A stretch of 64,000 nucleotides of DNA, taken from NCBI GenBank assembly GCA_038087875.1, contig CM075987.1:26538001-26602000 (forward strand), read 5' to 3'. The notes under the pieces are model-generated. The model searched no databases. It was not told the origin of the DNA and saw only the letters and a list, made by a program, of their open reading frames with translations. This document shows positions 39,630 to 51,850 of the stretch, piece after piece (the stretch's first letter is position 1; every line of letters begins with the position of its first letter). The DNA comes from Malacoraja senta (lineage: Eukaryota). Position numbers and translations under genes: made by a program.

Positions 39630-41285
39630 ACCCCTGTCTCACGGTGCGAGTTGACCCACGAGGTACCCCGAGCTTAAAACAAATTTAACTCGTGGTAATC
39701 ACGTACGATTAACGTAGCGGGAACGTCGGAACTCGTGGACGCAACTTAGCGACTCTTGGCGCTAACGGCAGGTACCTGTGAAAATTGTTAACTCTTGAAA
39801 AAGTTCAAACATGTTTAAACTTTTCCACGAGTAAAATGTACTCTTGAGGTTAAAATTTGAAACATTTAAACACGTTGTAAGAACGCAGTGGCCCGTGCGT
39901 TTACCTTCGTGACTCGTGAGTCTACCGTGGGAACTCTTTAACTCAGCGGGCAGGCAGCATCTCTGGAGAGAAGGAATGGGTGATGGGATGACATTTCCAA
40001 ATTGCGGGGGGGGGGGGGGGTTGGAGGAGGGAGGGGGGGGGGTGGAGGAGAGAGAGTGGAGAGTGGAGGGAGAGGAGGGGGAGACAGATGGGGGTGTCTT
40101 CATTCACTAGCTGCGGGTGCCGGTCACTGAAACAGGCAGGTGAGATTTCACATCCACCTTGTGTGTGTGTGTCTCTCTCTCACTCCCTGCCTCTCACACA
40201 GGCTGAGAGACTCTGCCTCTGTGAGTGTACGTCCCTTTCTCCCCCTCTCCCACACACAGTAAGACCGAGGTAAGTCCATCTGTGTAAGTCCATCTGTGTC
40301 TCCCACATACACAATAAAACTCTGCTTTGTGTATGTATATACGTCTCCCCCCATTTCTCTCTTTCTCCCCCCCCCACCTCTCTCTTTCTCCCCCCACACA
40401 CAATAAGACCGATGTATTCTGCTTAGTCTCTCTTCCCTACCACACACACAGATAGACCGAGGTCCTGTGCGCTCTTTCTCTCCCCCCCACAGTCATGCCG
40501 AAGTACACCACACTGCCTCTGTGCCTCTCTCTCTCTCTGTCTCTCTCCCCTCTCTCCTTCATACACAGTCAGAGGTCCACACTGTCTCTGTGTCTCTCTC
40601 TCCCCTACACACAGACTGAGGTACACACTGCCCGTTGTGTGTGTGTGTCTGCCTCTGTCTCTCTCTCCCACACACATAGTTAAAGGTACTCCACGCTGAC
40701 CACCCCCCCCCCCCCCCAACCTCCCTCCACCTCAACTCACGCCTGGGCACCAAAGCAGCTCAGGAGGCGAACCCTGAGCTCCGTCTCCCAACAATCTGAT
40801 GGGCGCATCCGTCCACATTCAAAGATTTCATCTCCAGTCTCCCCGCAGTGTGTAGACCTGGCAGTAAATTCATTTAAAATATAGCAAACCTCCGCCTGCT
40901 GGTCTTCTATCTACGTGATGTGTGTTTCAAACTAATCATCAGTATAACTGCTCTGGCACTGGACGGTGCGCATTTTCCCTTTGTAGGTCACATCAATAGA
41001 TGCGGCCACGCTGAATTCAATCTTTAACTCAAAGCCGCAGGATGGAGATGTTGCTTATTAAAACAGACCTTCATTGACGGTTGGCTCAAGAGTAACTCGG
41101 GAAAGGAACTTGTTAACTCGGGAGACGAACTTGGAACATCGCAGAAATGACAGTTAACGGCAAACTTGAGTCATACCCGTGGGAACTCGGTTAAACTCTT
41201 GATCATACACTTGGAATCTCGTGCACAACCACGAGTCTTTCGCTCGGGGTACCTCGTGGGTCAACTCGCACCGTGAGACAGGGCT
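39630..41285. mobile_element. PIF/Harbinger-type non-autonomous element with cargo, subfamily C
   Basis: 44-bp TIRs with 1 mismatch (A[C/G]CCCTGTCTCACGGTGCGAGTTGACCCACGAGGTACCCCGAGC), flanked by TAA. Confidence 0.8.
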
Positions 41286-41506
41286 TAAAGTCCTCAACCT
41301 GAACTTTCATTTTCAAAGGCTTGTATCATTATACTAATTATTTCTTTCCTACATCCACTCCCTATAAAGAATCATGGAACATTTGGGGGGACAGGCAGCA
41401 TCTGTGGAGAAAAGGATTGGGTGCGTTTCGGGTCGAGACTCTTCTTCAGACTGATGTCAGGGGTGTGGGCCGGACAGATGGAATGTAATGTAGTCGGAGA
41501 CAGTTA

Positions 41507-42056
41507 AGGCTCTGTCTTACCTGTTTGCGGTCATCGGCGGTGAAGCGCGGCGTCGCTGGTGGCGAGGACCGCGCGGCAACGGCGAGAGCGTCGAGCCTAT
41601 CCACCGGAGCGCCGCACGGATGCTGCGCGGGGGCCGAGTTAATTCAAACACGGCGGGTCCCGCCGCACGTGACTCACCAGCGGCGGCTGTGGCAGCGGCC
41701 ATCCTGATCGCGGCGCTGTAGCAGTGGCTGTGCCTGCGGCCGTGCAGCACACGTGCCTCACTGGCGGCGGCACGTGCCTCACTGGCGGAGGCTGTGGCAG
41801 TGGAGGTTTGACGCACGGCGCTCGAGCCACACTGGCGGCGGCCCGTGCGTGCGGCCGTGCCGCACTTGTGCATCACTGGTGGAGGTTGTGCGGTGAGTAT
41901 TTGGTTTTCGACATTGTCGATTTTATTTTAGCACCGCGCGGTGTTGGGAACACCGCCGCACGGCCCCGGAATTGTATGTTCTCACGAGTGCGCGGTCTAT
42001 GGCGGCAGATTCTTCCCGTTTCGCCGCCAATGACCGCAGACTCGTGAGACAGGCCT
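41507..42056. mobile_element. PIF/Harbinger-type GC-rich MITE, subfamily D, inserted in a Penelope repeat
   Basis: Imperfect TIRs of about 40 bp (AGGC.CTGTCT.AC..T.TGCGGTCAT.GGCGG.GAA). TTA is duplicated at 41504-41506 and 42057-42059. Confidence 0.75.
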
Positions 42057-43058
42057 TTAAGACTGGTGGGAGAACTGGGAAGGGGGAGGGGAATCCCCAC
42101 ACAGCAATCATCTACTTTGATTTGTCATTTTCACACCTTACCCTTTCATATCTCTGTGTCTCCCTCTCCTCTGACTCTCATTCTGAAGAAGAGTTGTGAC
42201 TGGAAATGCCACCTATTCCTTCTCTCCAGAGATGCTGCCTGACCCGCTGAGTGTCCCTCTTCAATTCTTTTACATGTTAGAAGGAACTTTTTATATCCTT
42301 CTTTATTGTAAAAGTAACAGAAAAATCTACCTTAGTCAAGACTGCTGCAAAATGTGCATTTATTACTTCACTTAAACCACAGTCTTCATTCCCCTTAAGA
42401 AAATCTCTCACTAAAATCAGTTTCCTTTCTTTAACTGCCGTTTTGCTATTAATATTTTTTACAAATGAAACATTTTCTGCTGCTGCTTTTTCTGTTGTCA
42501 TCTGATAAATGTTAGTTCTCGCTCTTTGCCTCTAATGATTCTTGCATTTTGTCAATTTTCTTCCAATTCTCTTGTTTCTTTGTTGAATTATGAATGTAAC
42601 ATTTATCATAAGCCTCCATTTCTGTTTCATACTAATCTGTGCATTTGTAATCATCACGGGAGCGGCGACATTAGAGAATCCTTTCCTTTCCCTCTCAAGG
42701 GACTGTATCTCATCTCTACCTGAAATGTGGTCTCGTCTTTCAAAACATGTCTTTGCTCATCGACTGCTGCATCTTCAGCCCTTTGTCTCCAATTCACACA
42801 TGGGTCAGTATGAAGGGACCATAGCAACAGATGAAGTTTGTATTGTTAAATAGAAGCTTGCTTTAAAAGACAATATTTTGTGCAAATGTTGAAAGGGCGA
42901 AGCAAAATTGTAGCACGCGGTCTTCAGAGAGGAGCCCATCTTTATAAATTATTGATTGCAAAGTCAACATATTCTGCATGAAATAACTGCTGCTATTAAT
43001 GGTCAGGAATTTGCCTTCTCATGAGAAATCTTTTAGTTTAGTTTAGTTTACTTGAGAG

Positions 43059-43621
43059 CAGTGGTTCTTAACCTGGGGGTCGTGACCCCCTATGGGGGTC
43101 ATTTGGGGCTTTGCCGGGGGTCATGAAGGGGACACAAATAACATATCAATTTGTTGAGCCCATGTTTAGGAACCTTAAAGCCCTGTCCCACGGAACGAGT
43201 TCATTCCAAGAGCTCTCCCGAGTTTGCCCTGATTCGAACTGGGAGATTTACGGTAATGGCCGCTCGTCGGTACTCGGGGCTCTCGTGGACATTTTTCATT
43301 ATGTTGAAAAATCTTCACGAGTCTTCCCGAGCTTACCTGCCGTTAGCGAGTCTTCCCGAGTACCTGCCGTTAGCGTTACGAGCCGTTAAGAGACGTCCCC
43401 GAGCTCCGACGTACCCGCTACGTTCATTCTCCGTGCTTACCACGAGTTCGATTTTTTTAAAACTCGGGAGAGCTCTTGGAATGAACTGGTACGTGGGACA
43501 GGGGTATGACAAAGGTACATACCACATACAGTTTAAGAAGGAACTGCACACGCTGGAAAATCACAAACAGTATTTTGTCCACGTATGCGCGTACTGGTGC
43601 CCAAAAGGTTAAGAACCACTG
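43059..43621. mobile_element. hAT (Charlie-like) MITE hosting a Harbinger MITE
   Basis: 16-bp TIR CAGTGGTTCTTAACCT/AGGTTAAGAACCACTG. The 8-bp flanks CTTGAGAG and GTTTAGAG match 6/8. Confidence 0.8.
43178..43506. mobile_element. PIF/Harbinger-type MITE, subfamily E (copy 1)
   Basis: TIR CCCTGTCCCAC...CGAGTTCATTCCAAGAGCTCTCCCGAGTTT. Near-identical copies at 54622 and 57302. Confidence 0.8.
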
Positions 43622-44290
43622 GTTTAGAGATACAGCGCGGAACCGGGCCCTTCGGCCCAACGAGTCCACCCCGACCAGCGATCCCCGCACACTAACACTA
43701 TCCTACACACACGAGGGATAATTTACACATATACCCAACTTATTAACCTACAAACCTGTACGTCTTTTGGAGTGTGGGGGGAAACCAAAGATCGTGGAGA
43801 ATAACCACGCAGGTCACGGGGAGAACGTACAAACTCCGTACAGACAGTACCCGCGGTCAGGATTGAACCCGGGTCTCTGGCGCTGGAAGGCAGCAACTCT
43901 GCCGCTGCGCCAAAGTGCCCCACCTTCATTTGCTATATTTAAATAATAATAAATAAGATACCTGATTTCCACAAGCAAAAGTATTGGGGTGGCACGGTGG
44001 CGCAGCGGTAGAGTTGCTGCCTCTCAGCGCCAGAGACCTGGGTTCGATCCTGACCACGGGTGCTGTCTGTACAGAGTTTGTACGTTCTCCTCGTGACCTG
44101 CGTGGGTTTTCTCCGGGTGCATCGGTTCCCTCCCACACTCCAAAGACGTACAGGTTTGTAGGTTAATTGGCTTAGGGTAAATGTAAATTGTCCCTGGTGT
44201 GTGCAGGATTGTGTTAGTGTGCGGGGATCGCTGGTCGGCGTGGACTCGGCGGGCCGAAGGACCTGTTTCTGCGCTGTGTCTCTAAAAAAG
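43622..44290. mobile_element. Head-to-head pair of HE1-type V-SINEs
   Basis: Minus copy to about 43922 and plus copy from about 43987. Confidence 0.8.
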
Positions 44291-45830
44291 ACGAAACTAA
44301 TTTAATCATCTTGTTTAAAAAGACTCCAGCAAAATGCTTCAGTGCAAAACTTGTTTCATTCATCAAATGAAATGGTAGAGCATTGCATGAACAAGCACAG
44401 GCAAACAGAAAGGCAATGGAATGGGTTGTTGGAAGGATAAATAAAGAGCTTCACAAGGTCATAAAGTGTAAGTGGAAATACTTCTCGACTAACCCTTAAT
44501 TACAGAGACGAGAACATCATGTACTGAGTTTGTGTTACCTACAAACTGTCTACTACAACATTTTTAGCTGCTATGCGGAAACAACGTTTTGACATTGTGA
44601 ATCTAATGGGAAAGAGGGCTGTGAGAGACTTAGTTAACTAGTTTAGTTTAATTTAGTTGCGAGATACGGTGCAGAAACAGGCCCTTTGGCCCACCGTCTC
44701 CATGCCGACCAGCCATCTCCGCACACTAACACTGCCCTACATACACCTGAGACAATTTACACTTATACCAAGCCAATTAACCTACATACCTGTACTTCTT
44801 TGGAGTGTGGAAGGAAACCGAAGATCTTGGCGAAAACCCTGCGGGTCACGGGGAGAACGTACAAACTCCATACAGACAGCACCCGTAGTCAGGATTGAAC
44901 CCGGGTCTCTGGCGATGTAAGGCTGGAATATTTCTCTAAAATTTCCACTTGGTCTCCATTTGCCATTAGTCAGATAACAGCCATAAGAGTCAAAGAATGA
45001 TACAGCGTGGAAACTGGCCCTTCATCCCAACTAGCTCACATGTCCCAGCTACACTAGTCCCACCCGCCTTTGTTTGGCCAATGTCCATCCAAACCTGTCC
45101 TAACCATGTACCTGTCTAACTGTTTCTTAAACATTGGGATAGTTCCAGCCTCAACTACCTCCTCTGGCAGCTCGTTCCATACACCCACCACCCTTTGTGT
45201 GAAAAAGTTACCCCTCAGATTCCTATTAAATCTTTTCCCCTTCACCTTAAACCTATGTCCTCTGGTTCTTGATTACCCTACTCTGGGCAAGAGACACTGT
45301 GCGTCTACCCGATCTATTCCTCTCGTGATTTTGTACACCTCTTTCAGATCACTTCTCATCCTCCTGCGCTCCAGGGAATAGAGTCCCAGCCTTTGGGCAT
45401 TTTTCATTCATCAAATCAGCTACTGCAAATTCAAAGTATTGAATGGCGATCTTATAGAGGTGTACAAAATCATGATGGATATCGGGTAGACGCACAGAGT
45501 CTCTTGCCCAGAGTAGGGGAAATAATTTGTGCCTCTCTAGTTTCCACAGATGTAGTGGTGAACATTGTAAGATGGTGAAGTAATTTGCAATAGAAAGTCA
45601 CAGTCTCTCCAGGGACGCTTAAAGGGAGGTTTAATGGAGGTGTGTAGTCGACAGAAGGGTCTCGACCTGAAACAACACCTTTTTCTTCGCTCCATAGATG
45701 CTTCCTCACCCGCTGAGTTTCTCCAGCATTTTTATCTATGTTCAAAATAACAATGTGTTTTTGATATTCGTGGATAGGAAGAAACTATTTTGCAAGTTGC
45801 CAAGGCTGGTGACCAAATGACATGTATTTA

Positions 45831-45930
45831 TAATAATAATAATAATGGATTGGATTTATATAGCGCCTTTCTAATACCCAAGGCGCTTTACATCGCATTA
45901 TTCATTCACTCCTCAGTCACACTCGGTGAT
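45831..45930 (-). mobile_element. 3' tail fragment of the same AFC-like SINE
   Basis: Reverse complement of about 38530-38633, with (AAT)n. Confidence 0.7.
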
Positions 45931-46054
45931 GATCTTTGTTTGGAAGCAAAGATTAACCAAGGAGCATTTTATTTTACTTGCACTGAGGTCTTAAGAATAT
46001 GTTGACTCTAACGCTGCGTGACAACTTTCTTTAAATAGTGTTTCTTTTTTATAA

Positions 46055-47120
46055 AGTTATATAAAGTTTCCTTTATTGTCATTCAAACTTTTAGTTTGAA
46101 CGGAATTGCATACATTGTAGTCATGACAGAGAATAAAATAAACGAACACACAATGAACACAGTTTAACATCCACCACAATGAGTCTACCAGGCACCTCCT
46201 CAGTGTGATGGAAGGTAAAAGTCTTAAAGTCCTTGTCTCTTCCTTCCTTGTTCTCCCTCTGCGTTGAGGCGATCCAGGCTTCCAATGTTGGGCCCCCCGC
46301 CGGGTGATGGTAAGTCCCGCGATGTAAGGCTGGAATATTTCTCTAAAATTTCCACTTGGTCTCCATTTGCCATTAGTCAGATTACACCCATAAGAGTCAA
46401 AGAATGATACAGCGTGGAAACTGGCCCTTCATCCCAACTAGCCCACATGTCCCAGCTACACTAGTCCCACCCGCCTTCGTTTGGCCAATGTCCATCCAAA
46501 CCTGTCCTAACCATGTACCTGTCTAACTGTTTCTTAAACGTTGGGATAGTTCCAGCCTCAACTACCTCCTCTGGCAGCTCCAGCCTCCGCGAACGGGCCG
46601 GTTCAAACTCCGCGGCCCGGGGGCGGACGAAGCTGCCACCCTCCAGTCCAGCGGACGAATCTGTTGTTGCGGGAGCTCCGGAGAATCGGTCACCAACCTG
46701 GGACCTGCGAGCTCCCGACGTTATCGTCCACTGGGCCCGCGGCCGAAGCCTCCGAGGCCCCGAAGTCGGGTTGCCGCCGCCGCAGCGCCACCACAGCCCC
46801 GAAGTCGGCCAGCTTCGCGATGGTGAGTCCTGGCTCTGCCTCCGGAGCCTCAAGGTCGAGGTCGGTCCCAGTTGGAGGCCGCCAGCTCCGCGATTAGGCC
46901 TCAGCGCAGACGGAGACGGAGACGGGGGATACGACAAGAAAAGGTCGCATCCCCCCGAAGGAAGAGACTAAAACAAGTTTCTCCCGCCCCCCCCCCACAC
47001 ATACACAAATAAAAATAAACTAAAACATACGTCCAACAAGACAAAAGAAAACAAAAAAAAAGAAAAACACAGACGGACTGCAGGCGAGCCGCAGCTGCAT
47101 GGCCGCGACGCCACTCCCGG
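46055..47120 (-). mobile_element. GC-rich non-autonomous retroelement with a GACAATAAA-type 3' end (family unassigned)
   Basis: CpG-dense 5' part. The 3' part resembles segments at about 11200-11310 and 12780-13135. Confidence 0.45.
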
Positions 47121-47189
47121 AACTTGCACCCCATCTTTAGAGTTAACATATTCTTAAGACCTCAGTGTAAGAAAAACGTTCAAATTGTG

Positions 47190-47420
47190 CAGGAAGGAAC
47201 TGCAGATGCTGGTTTGCACCGAAGATAGACTCAAAAAGCAGGAGTAACTCAGCGGGTCAAGCAGCATCTCTGCAGAGAAGGAATGGGTGACATTTCGGGT
47301 CGTGACCCTTCTTCAGACTAAAAGTTTCTGAAGAAGGGACTCAACCTGTAAGGTCACCAATTCTTTTTCTCCAGCGGTACTGTCTGACCCGTTGGGTTAC
47401 TCCAGCTATTTGCGTCTATC
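47190..47420. mobile_element. Penelope inverted pseudo-LTR pair
   Basis: Inverted arms of the same family around CTTCAGACTAAAAGTTTCTGAAG. Confidence 0.65.
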
Positions 47421-47904
47421 CTCCCAACATCTATCCTAGCATGGCCCCTCTGGATCTTGTATGTTTTAATAAGAACACTTCTCGTTTTTTCTAAATTCCA
47501 AACAAAAATACAGGTCTATTTTTCTGCAGCCAACAGTCACAAGAGGACAGACCTTTTATCTCAGGAATTGGCCTTGTGAAATCTCTTTCCGGATGTGTCC
47601 AGTGCCAACATATTCCTTCTTAAAAACAAATGTACGGAAGCCATAAACAGGATGTGATCAAAGTCTACGCTTTCACTTCTGAAATAGGTCGATGCCTATT
47701 TTCTTCCACATAATTTAAAGGATATTTTTACTTATTCAGTGTCAACAATCATTGTCGAAAATCAGACATAATGGTGGGGTCTAGATTGGTGTTGTTGTAC
47801 AATTCATAAGTTTATCAGTGATAGAAGCAGAATTAGGCCACTCGGCCCATCGTCGACTCTGCCATTCAATCACGGCTGATCTATCATTCCCTCTCAACAC
47901 GGTT

Positions 47905-48328
47905 TATACTCGCTAGAATTTAGAAGATTGAGGGGGGATCTTATAGAAACTTACAAAATTCCTAAGGGGTTGGACAGGCTAGATGCAGGAAGATTGTTCC
48001 CGATGTTGGGGAAGTCCAGGACAAGGGGTCACAGTTTAAGGATTAAGGGGAAATCCTTTAGGGCCGAGATGAGAAAAACATTTTTCATACAGAGAGTGGT
48101 GAATCTCTGGAACTCTCTGCCACAGAAGGTAGTTGAGGCCAGTTCATTGGCTATATTTAAGAGGGAGTTAGATGTGGCCCTTGTGGCTAAGGGGATCAGG
48201 GGGTATGGAGAGAAGGCAGGTACGGGATACTGAGTTGGATGATCAGCCATGATCATATTGAATGGCGGTGCTGGCTCGAAGGGCCGAATGGCCTACTCCT
48301 GCACCTATTTTCTATGTTTCTATGTTTC
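47905..48328 (+). mobile_element. CR1 3' fragment
   Basis: ORF 47928-48233 RGDLIETYKI..TRGHSLRIKG..RVVNLWNSLP and a (TTTCTATG)n tail. Confidence 0.9.
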
Positions 48329-48384
48329 TAACACCATTCTTCTGCCTTCTCCCGTGAACCCCTGACGCCATTACGAGGGAGGTA

Positions 48385-48690
48385 GGGTGGCGCAGCGGTA
48401 GAGTTGCTGCCTCACAGCGCCAGAGACCCAGGTTCGATCCTGACCACGGGTGCTGTCTGAACAGAGTTTGTACGTTTTCCCCGTGACCTGCGTGGGTTTT
48501 CTCCGGGTGCTCTGGTTTCCTCCCACAGTCCAAATACGGACAGGTTTGTAGGTTAATTGACTTGGTATAAATGTAAAACATTGTCCCTAGTGTGTGTAGG
48601 ATAGTGTTAATGTTTATGGGGATCGCTGGGCGGCGTGGACTCAGTGGGCCGAAGGGCCTGTTTCCGTAATGTATCTCGAAACAAAACTAA
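48385..48690 (+). mobile_element. HE1-type V-SINE
   Basis: Head, V-domain and tail present. Confidence 0.8.
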
Positions 48691-48705
48691 TCATTAATTT
48701 ATTTA

Positions 48706-48886
48706 AGAAGGAACTGCAGATGCTGGAAAATCGAAGGTAGACAAAAGTGCTGGAGAAACTCAGTGGGTGCGGCAGCATCTATGGAGCGAAGGAAATAGGC
48801 AACGTTTCGGCCCGAAACGTTGCCTATTTCCTTCGCTCCATAGATGCTGCCGCACCCGCTGAGTTTCTCCAGCACTTTTGTCTACC
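48706..48886. mobile_element. Penelope pseudo-LTR fold-back insertion (75-bp arms, 13-bp TSD)
   Basis: Arms 48736-48810 and 48812-48886 are reverse complements with 1 mismatch. ATTAATTTATTTA is duplicated at 48693-48705 and 48887-48899. Confidence 0.85.
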
Positions 48887-50079
48887 ATTAATTTATTTAT
48901 CTCTGCCTAAGATTGGAACATTGCAGGCGTCGTACGTTCAACTATTGTCACCCAGAGACAGAGAACAGACAAGAAGAATTTAATCCAAATACAAACTGGA
49001 TTTTAACAGGAGTCTTTTAATTCCTTTTACAAGAGACCTGCCAAATACTATCTTTGATCTGTATTTATCTTTGAGGTGTAATTTTTGAGGGAACTATTTA
49101 TAATTATAAGCCAATTAATCAAAGTCATTTTAAGGTTTTAATATCAAAGTCTCTGGTTAGGCACGTGGAATAAAAGTTCTGATGTTGAAATGTTCGTGAC
49201 ACTTAATTCACGCCAATATTTCAGAATTGTATGAATTATTCAAGTAACACATGTTTGAACTTAGAGGTTGATTTTTGTACGGATTTTGAATGTCTACATT
49301 CACTTTGTGAAGTGATATGGCAGCAGTTTGTAAAAAAATAGAGCTCATTTGCAAGATACTTCAAACACAAAAAGGGATAATGTTATTGTTTAATGGAATA
49401 TTTTAATTATAAATATTAATCCTTGCGACTTTACGCTGGGAGGTTTTGACAAGTAATCTGACAAAGTGAGTAAGCCCGATGTAGAATTCTTCAGAGATGC
49501 CATTTCTGTTTTGACTTGGATTTTCTGGTCTTTCCAAGGACAAGTTTTGTTGCTTTGCTTCTCGACGCATGCTCACCCTGAGCACTGTTCCACCGAGAGG
49601 AATTGTACTGCCTGCCTGAGTGAGATTAGGCAAATCTACACTCTGCAGTGAATGAGGGAAGGATCTTTAGTTCGGTTTAGTTTCGTTTAGTTTAGAGATA
49701 TTGCACGGGAACAGGTCCTTCGTCCCCCCCCTCCGGTCCGCACTGACCAGCAATATCCTACACACACACTGTGGGCAATTTTACATTTAACCTACAAACC
49801 TGTACGTCTTTGGAGTGTGGGAGGAAACCGAAGATCTCAGAGAAAAACCCATGTGGTCATGGGGAGACAGTGCAAACTCCGTACTGACAGCACCCGTGGT
49901 CGGGATCGAACCTGGGTCTCTGCAGCTGTAAGGCAGCAACTCTACCGGTGCGCCACCATGCCGACCATTTACTAGGATAAACAGGCATCCAGTTTATTGT
50001 CTTTAGGCGTTAGGCATTTAGAGATACAGCGCGGAAACAGGCCCTTCGGCCCACCGAGACGGCCTCGACCATCCCGTAC

Positions 50080-50279
50080 NNNNNNNNNNNNNNNNNNNNN
50101 NNNNNNNNNNNNNNNNNNNNNNNNNNNNNNNNNNNNNNNNNNNNNNNNNNNNNNNNNNNNNNNNNNNNNNNNNNNNNNNNNNNNNNNNNNNNNNNNNNNN
50201 NNNNNNNNNNNNNNNNNNNNNNNNNNNNNNNNNNNNNNNNNNNNNNNNNNNNNNNNNNNNNNNNNNNNNNNNNNNNNNN
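50080..50279. other. Assembly gap (200 N)
   Basis: Run of N. Confidence 1.
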
Positions 50280-50619
50280 TTGTAGCTCGGTACACGTGAC
50301 AATAAGCTGTACTGGAAGATCAAAAAGCTGAAACACAAATCACTGTCTTTGACCACTAGCTCAAACTTTTAATATTCATTTTTTAGCCTGGGAAATAAAA
50401 TGCCTCACTCAACTTCCAGAGTTTTCATGGAGAGACCTAATTGAGTTGAGTTGAGTTGAGTTCATAAGTGATAGGAGCAGAATTTGGCCATTCGGCCCAT
50501 CAGGTCTACTCCACCATTCAATCATGGCTGATCTATCTTTCCCTCTGAACCGCATTCTCCTGCCTTCTCCCCGTAACCCCTGACACCCAGTTGAATTGAT
50601 TTGAGTTAAGTTGAGTTGA

Positions 50620-50936
50620 GTTTGTTTAGTTTAGAGATACAGCGTGGAAACGGGCCATTTGGCCCACTGAATCCGTGCCGACCAGCGACCCCCCCACCCC
50701 CCCCCCCCCCACACTTACACTATCCTACACACACTGGGGACAATTTACAATTTTACCAAGCCAGTAAACCTACAAACCTACACGTGTGGGAGGAAACCGA
50801 AGCACCCAGAGCAAACCCAGACAAGCCATGGGGAGAACATAAAAACTCTGCACAGACAGCACCTGTGGTGAGGATCGAACCCGGGTCTCTGGCTCTGTGA
50901 GGCAGCAACTCTACCGCTGTGCCACCGTGCCGCCCA
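50620..50936 (-). mobile_element. HE1-type V-SINE
   Basis: Reverse complement of the consensus. Another minus copy lies at about 49667-49963. Confidence 0.75.
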
Positions 50937-51850
50937 GTCAAAGGCATGATCAGTGCCTGAGATCATATGAGCAATCAAATCAGTGAATGGAAGGAATTTG
51001 TTGGTTTTTATCAGGCAACTGAACCAACTAGAGAACGGTCCTGATATACTATCGACCTCCTCAGAGACCCTCGGACTGTCTATAATCAGACTTAACTGGA
51101 ATCTATCCTGCTCCAAACATTATTCCCTTTATCCTGTATCTGTACACTGAGGACGGCTCGGTTGTAATCACGTATAATATTTGCGCTGACTTACGCAAGA
51201 AAAAAGCGTTGCACTGTACCTCGGAACACGTGACAATTAACTAAATTAAATTAATTTTGGAGGGATATGGACCAAGCGCAGGCAGGTGGGACCAGTGTAG
51301 CTGGGACATGATAGTGGGTCAGCATCTCTGGAGAAAAAGGTTGGGTGACGCTTTGGGTCGGGACCCTCCTTCGGACTCCGAAGGGTCTGACCGCTGACGT
51401 GCGAACAAAAGATTTTCACTGTACCAAATCTACTGTACTGATGTTGGGGGAGTCCAGAACCAGGGGCCACAGTTTATGAATAAGGAGCAAGCCATTTAGA
51501 ACGGAGATGAGGAAACACTTTTCAAACAGAGAGTTGTGAGTCTGTGGAATTCTCTGCCTCAAGAGGGCGGTGGAGGCCGGTTCTCTGGATACTTTAAAGA
51601 GAGAGCTAGATAGGGCTCTTAAAGATAGGGGATATGTGGAGAAGGCAGGAACGGGGTACTGATTGGGGATGATCAGCCATGAACACATTGAATGGCGGTG
51701 CTGGCTCGAAGGGCCGAATGACCTACTCCTGCACCTATTGTCTATTGTCCACTGTGTGAATTGAATCTCGACCTAATTGAATTTCAAGGCTGTTGTGCTG
51801 CATCACTGACGAACATTGAAAGCAAGCTGTAAGAAACTGCAAAAACCTAC

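Noticed and set aside
40005..40095. G-run clusters as functional G-quadruplexes (also 3677-3708 and 62760-62782)
   Set aside because: Low-complexity homopolymers with unreliable lengths and no supporting context.
41507..42056. CpG-island promoter
   Set aside because: The CpG-rich tract is exactly delimited by TIRs and a TTA duplication. The same applies to 1010-1385.
49403..49651. Unique-sequence ORFs as a possible next BRINP1 exon
   Set aside because: No similarity to the recalled downstream BRINP1 peptide in the frames examined.
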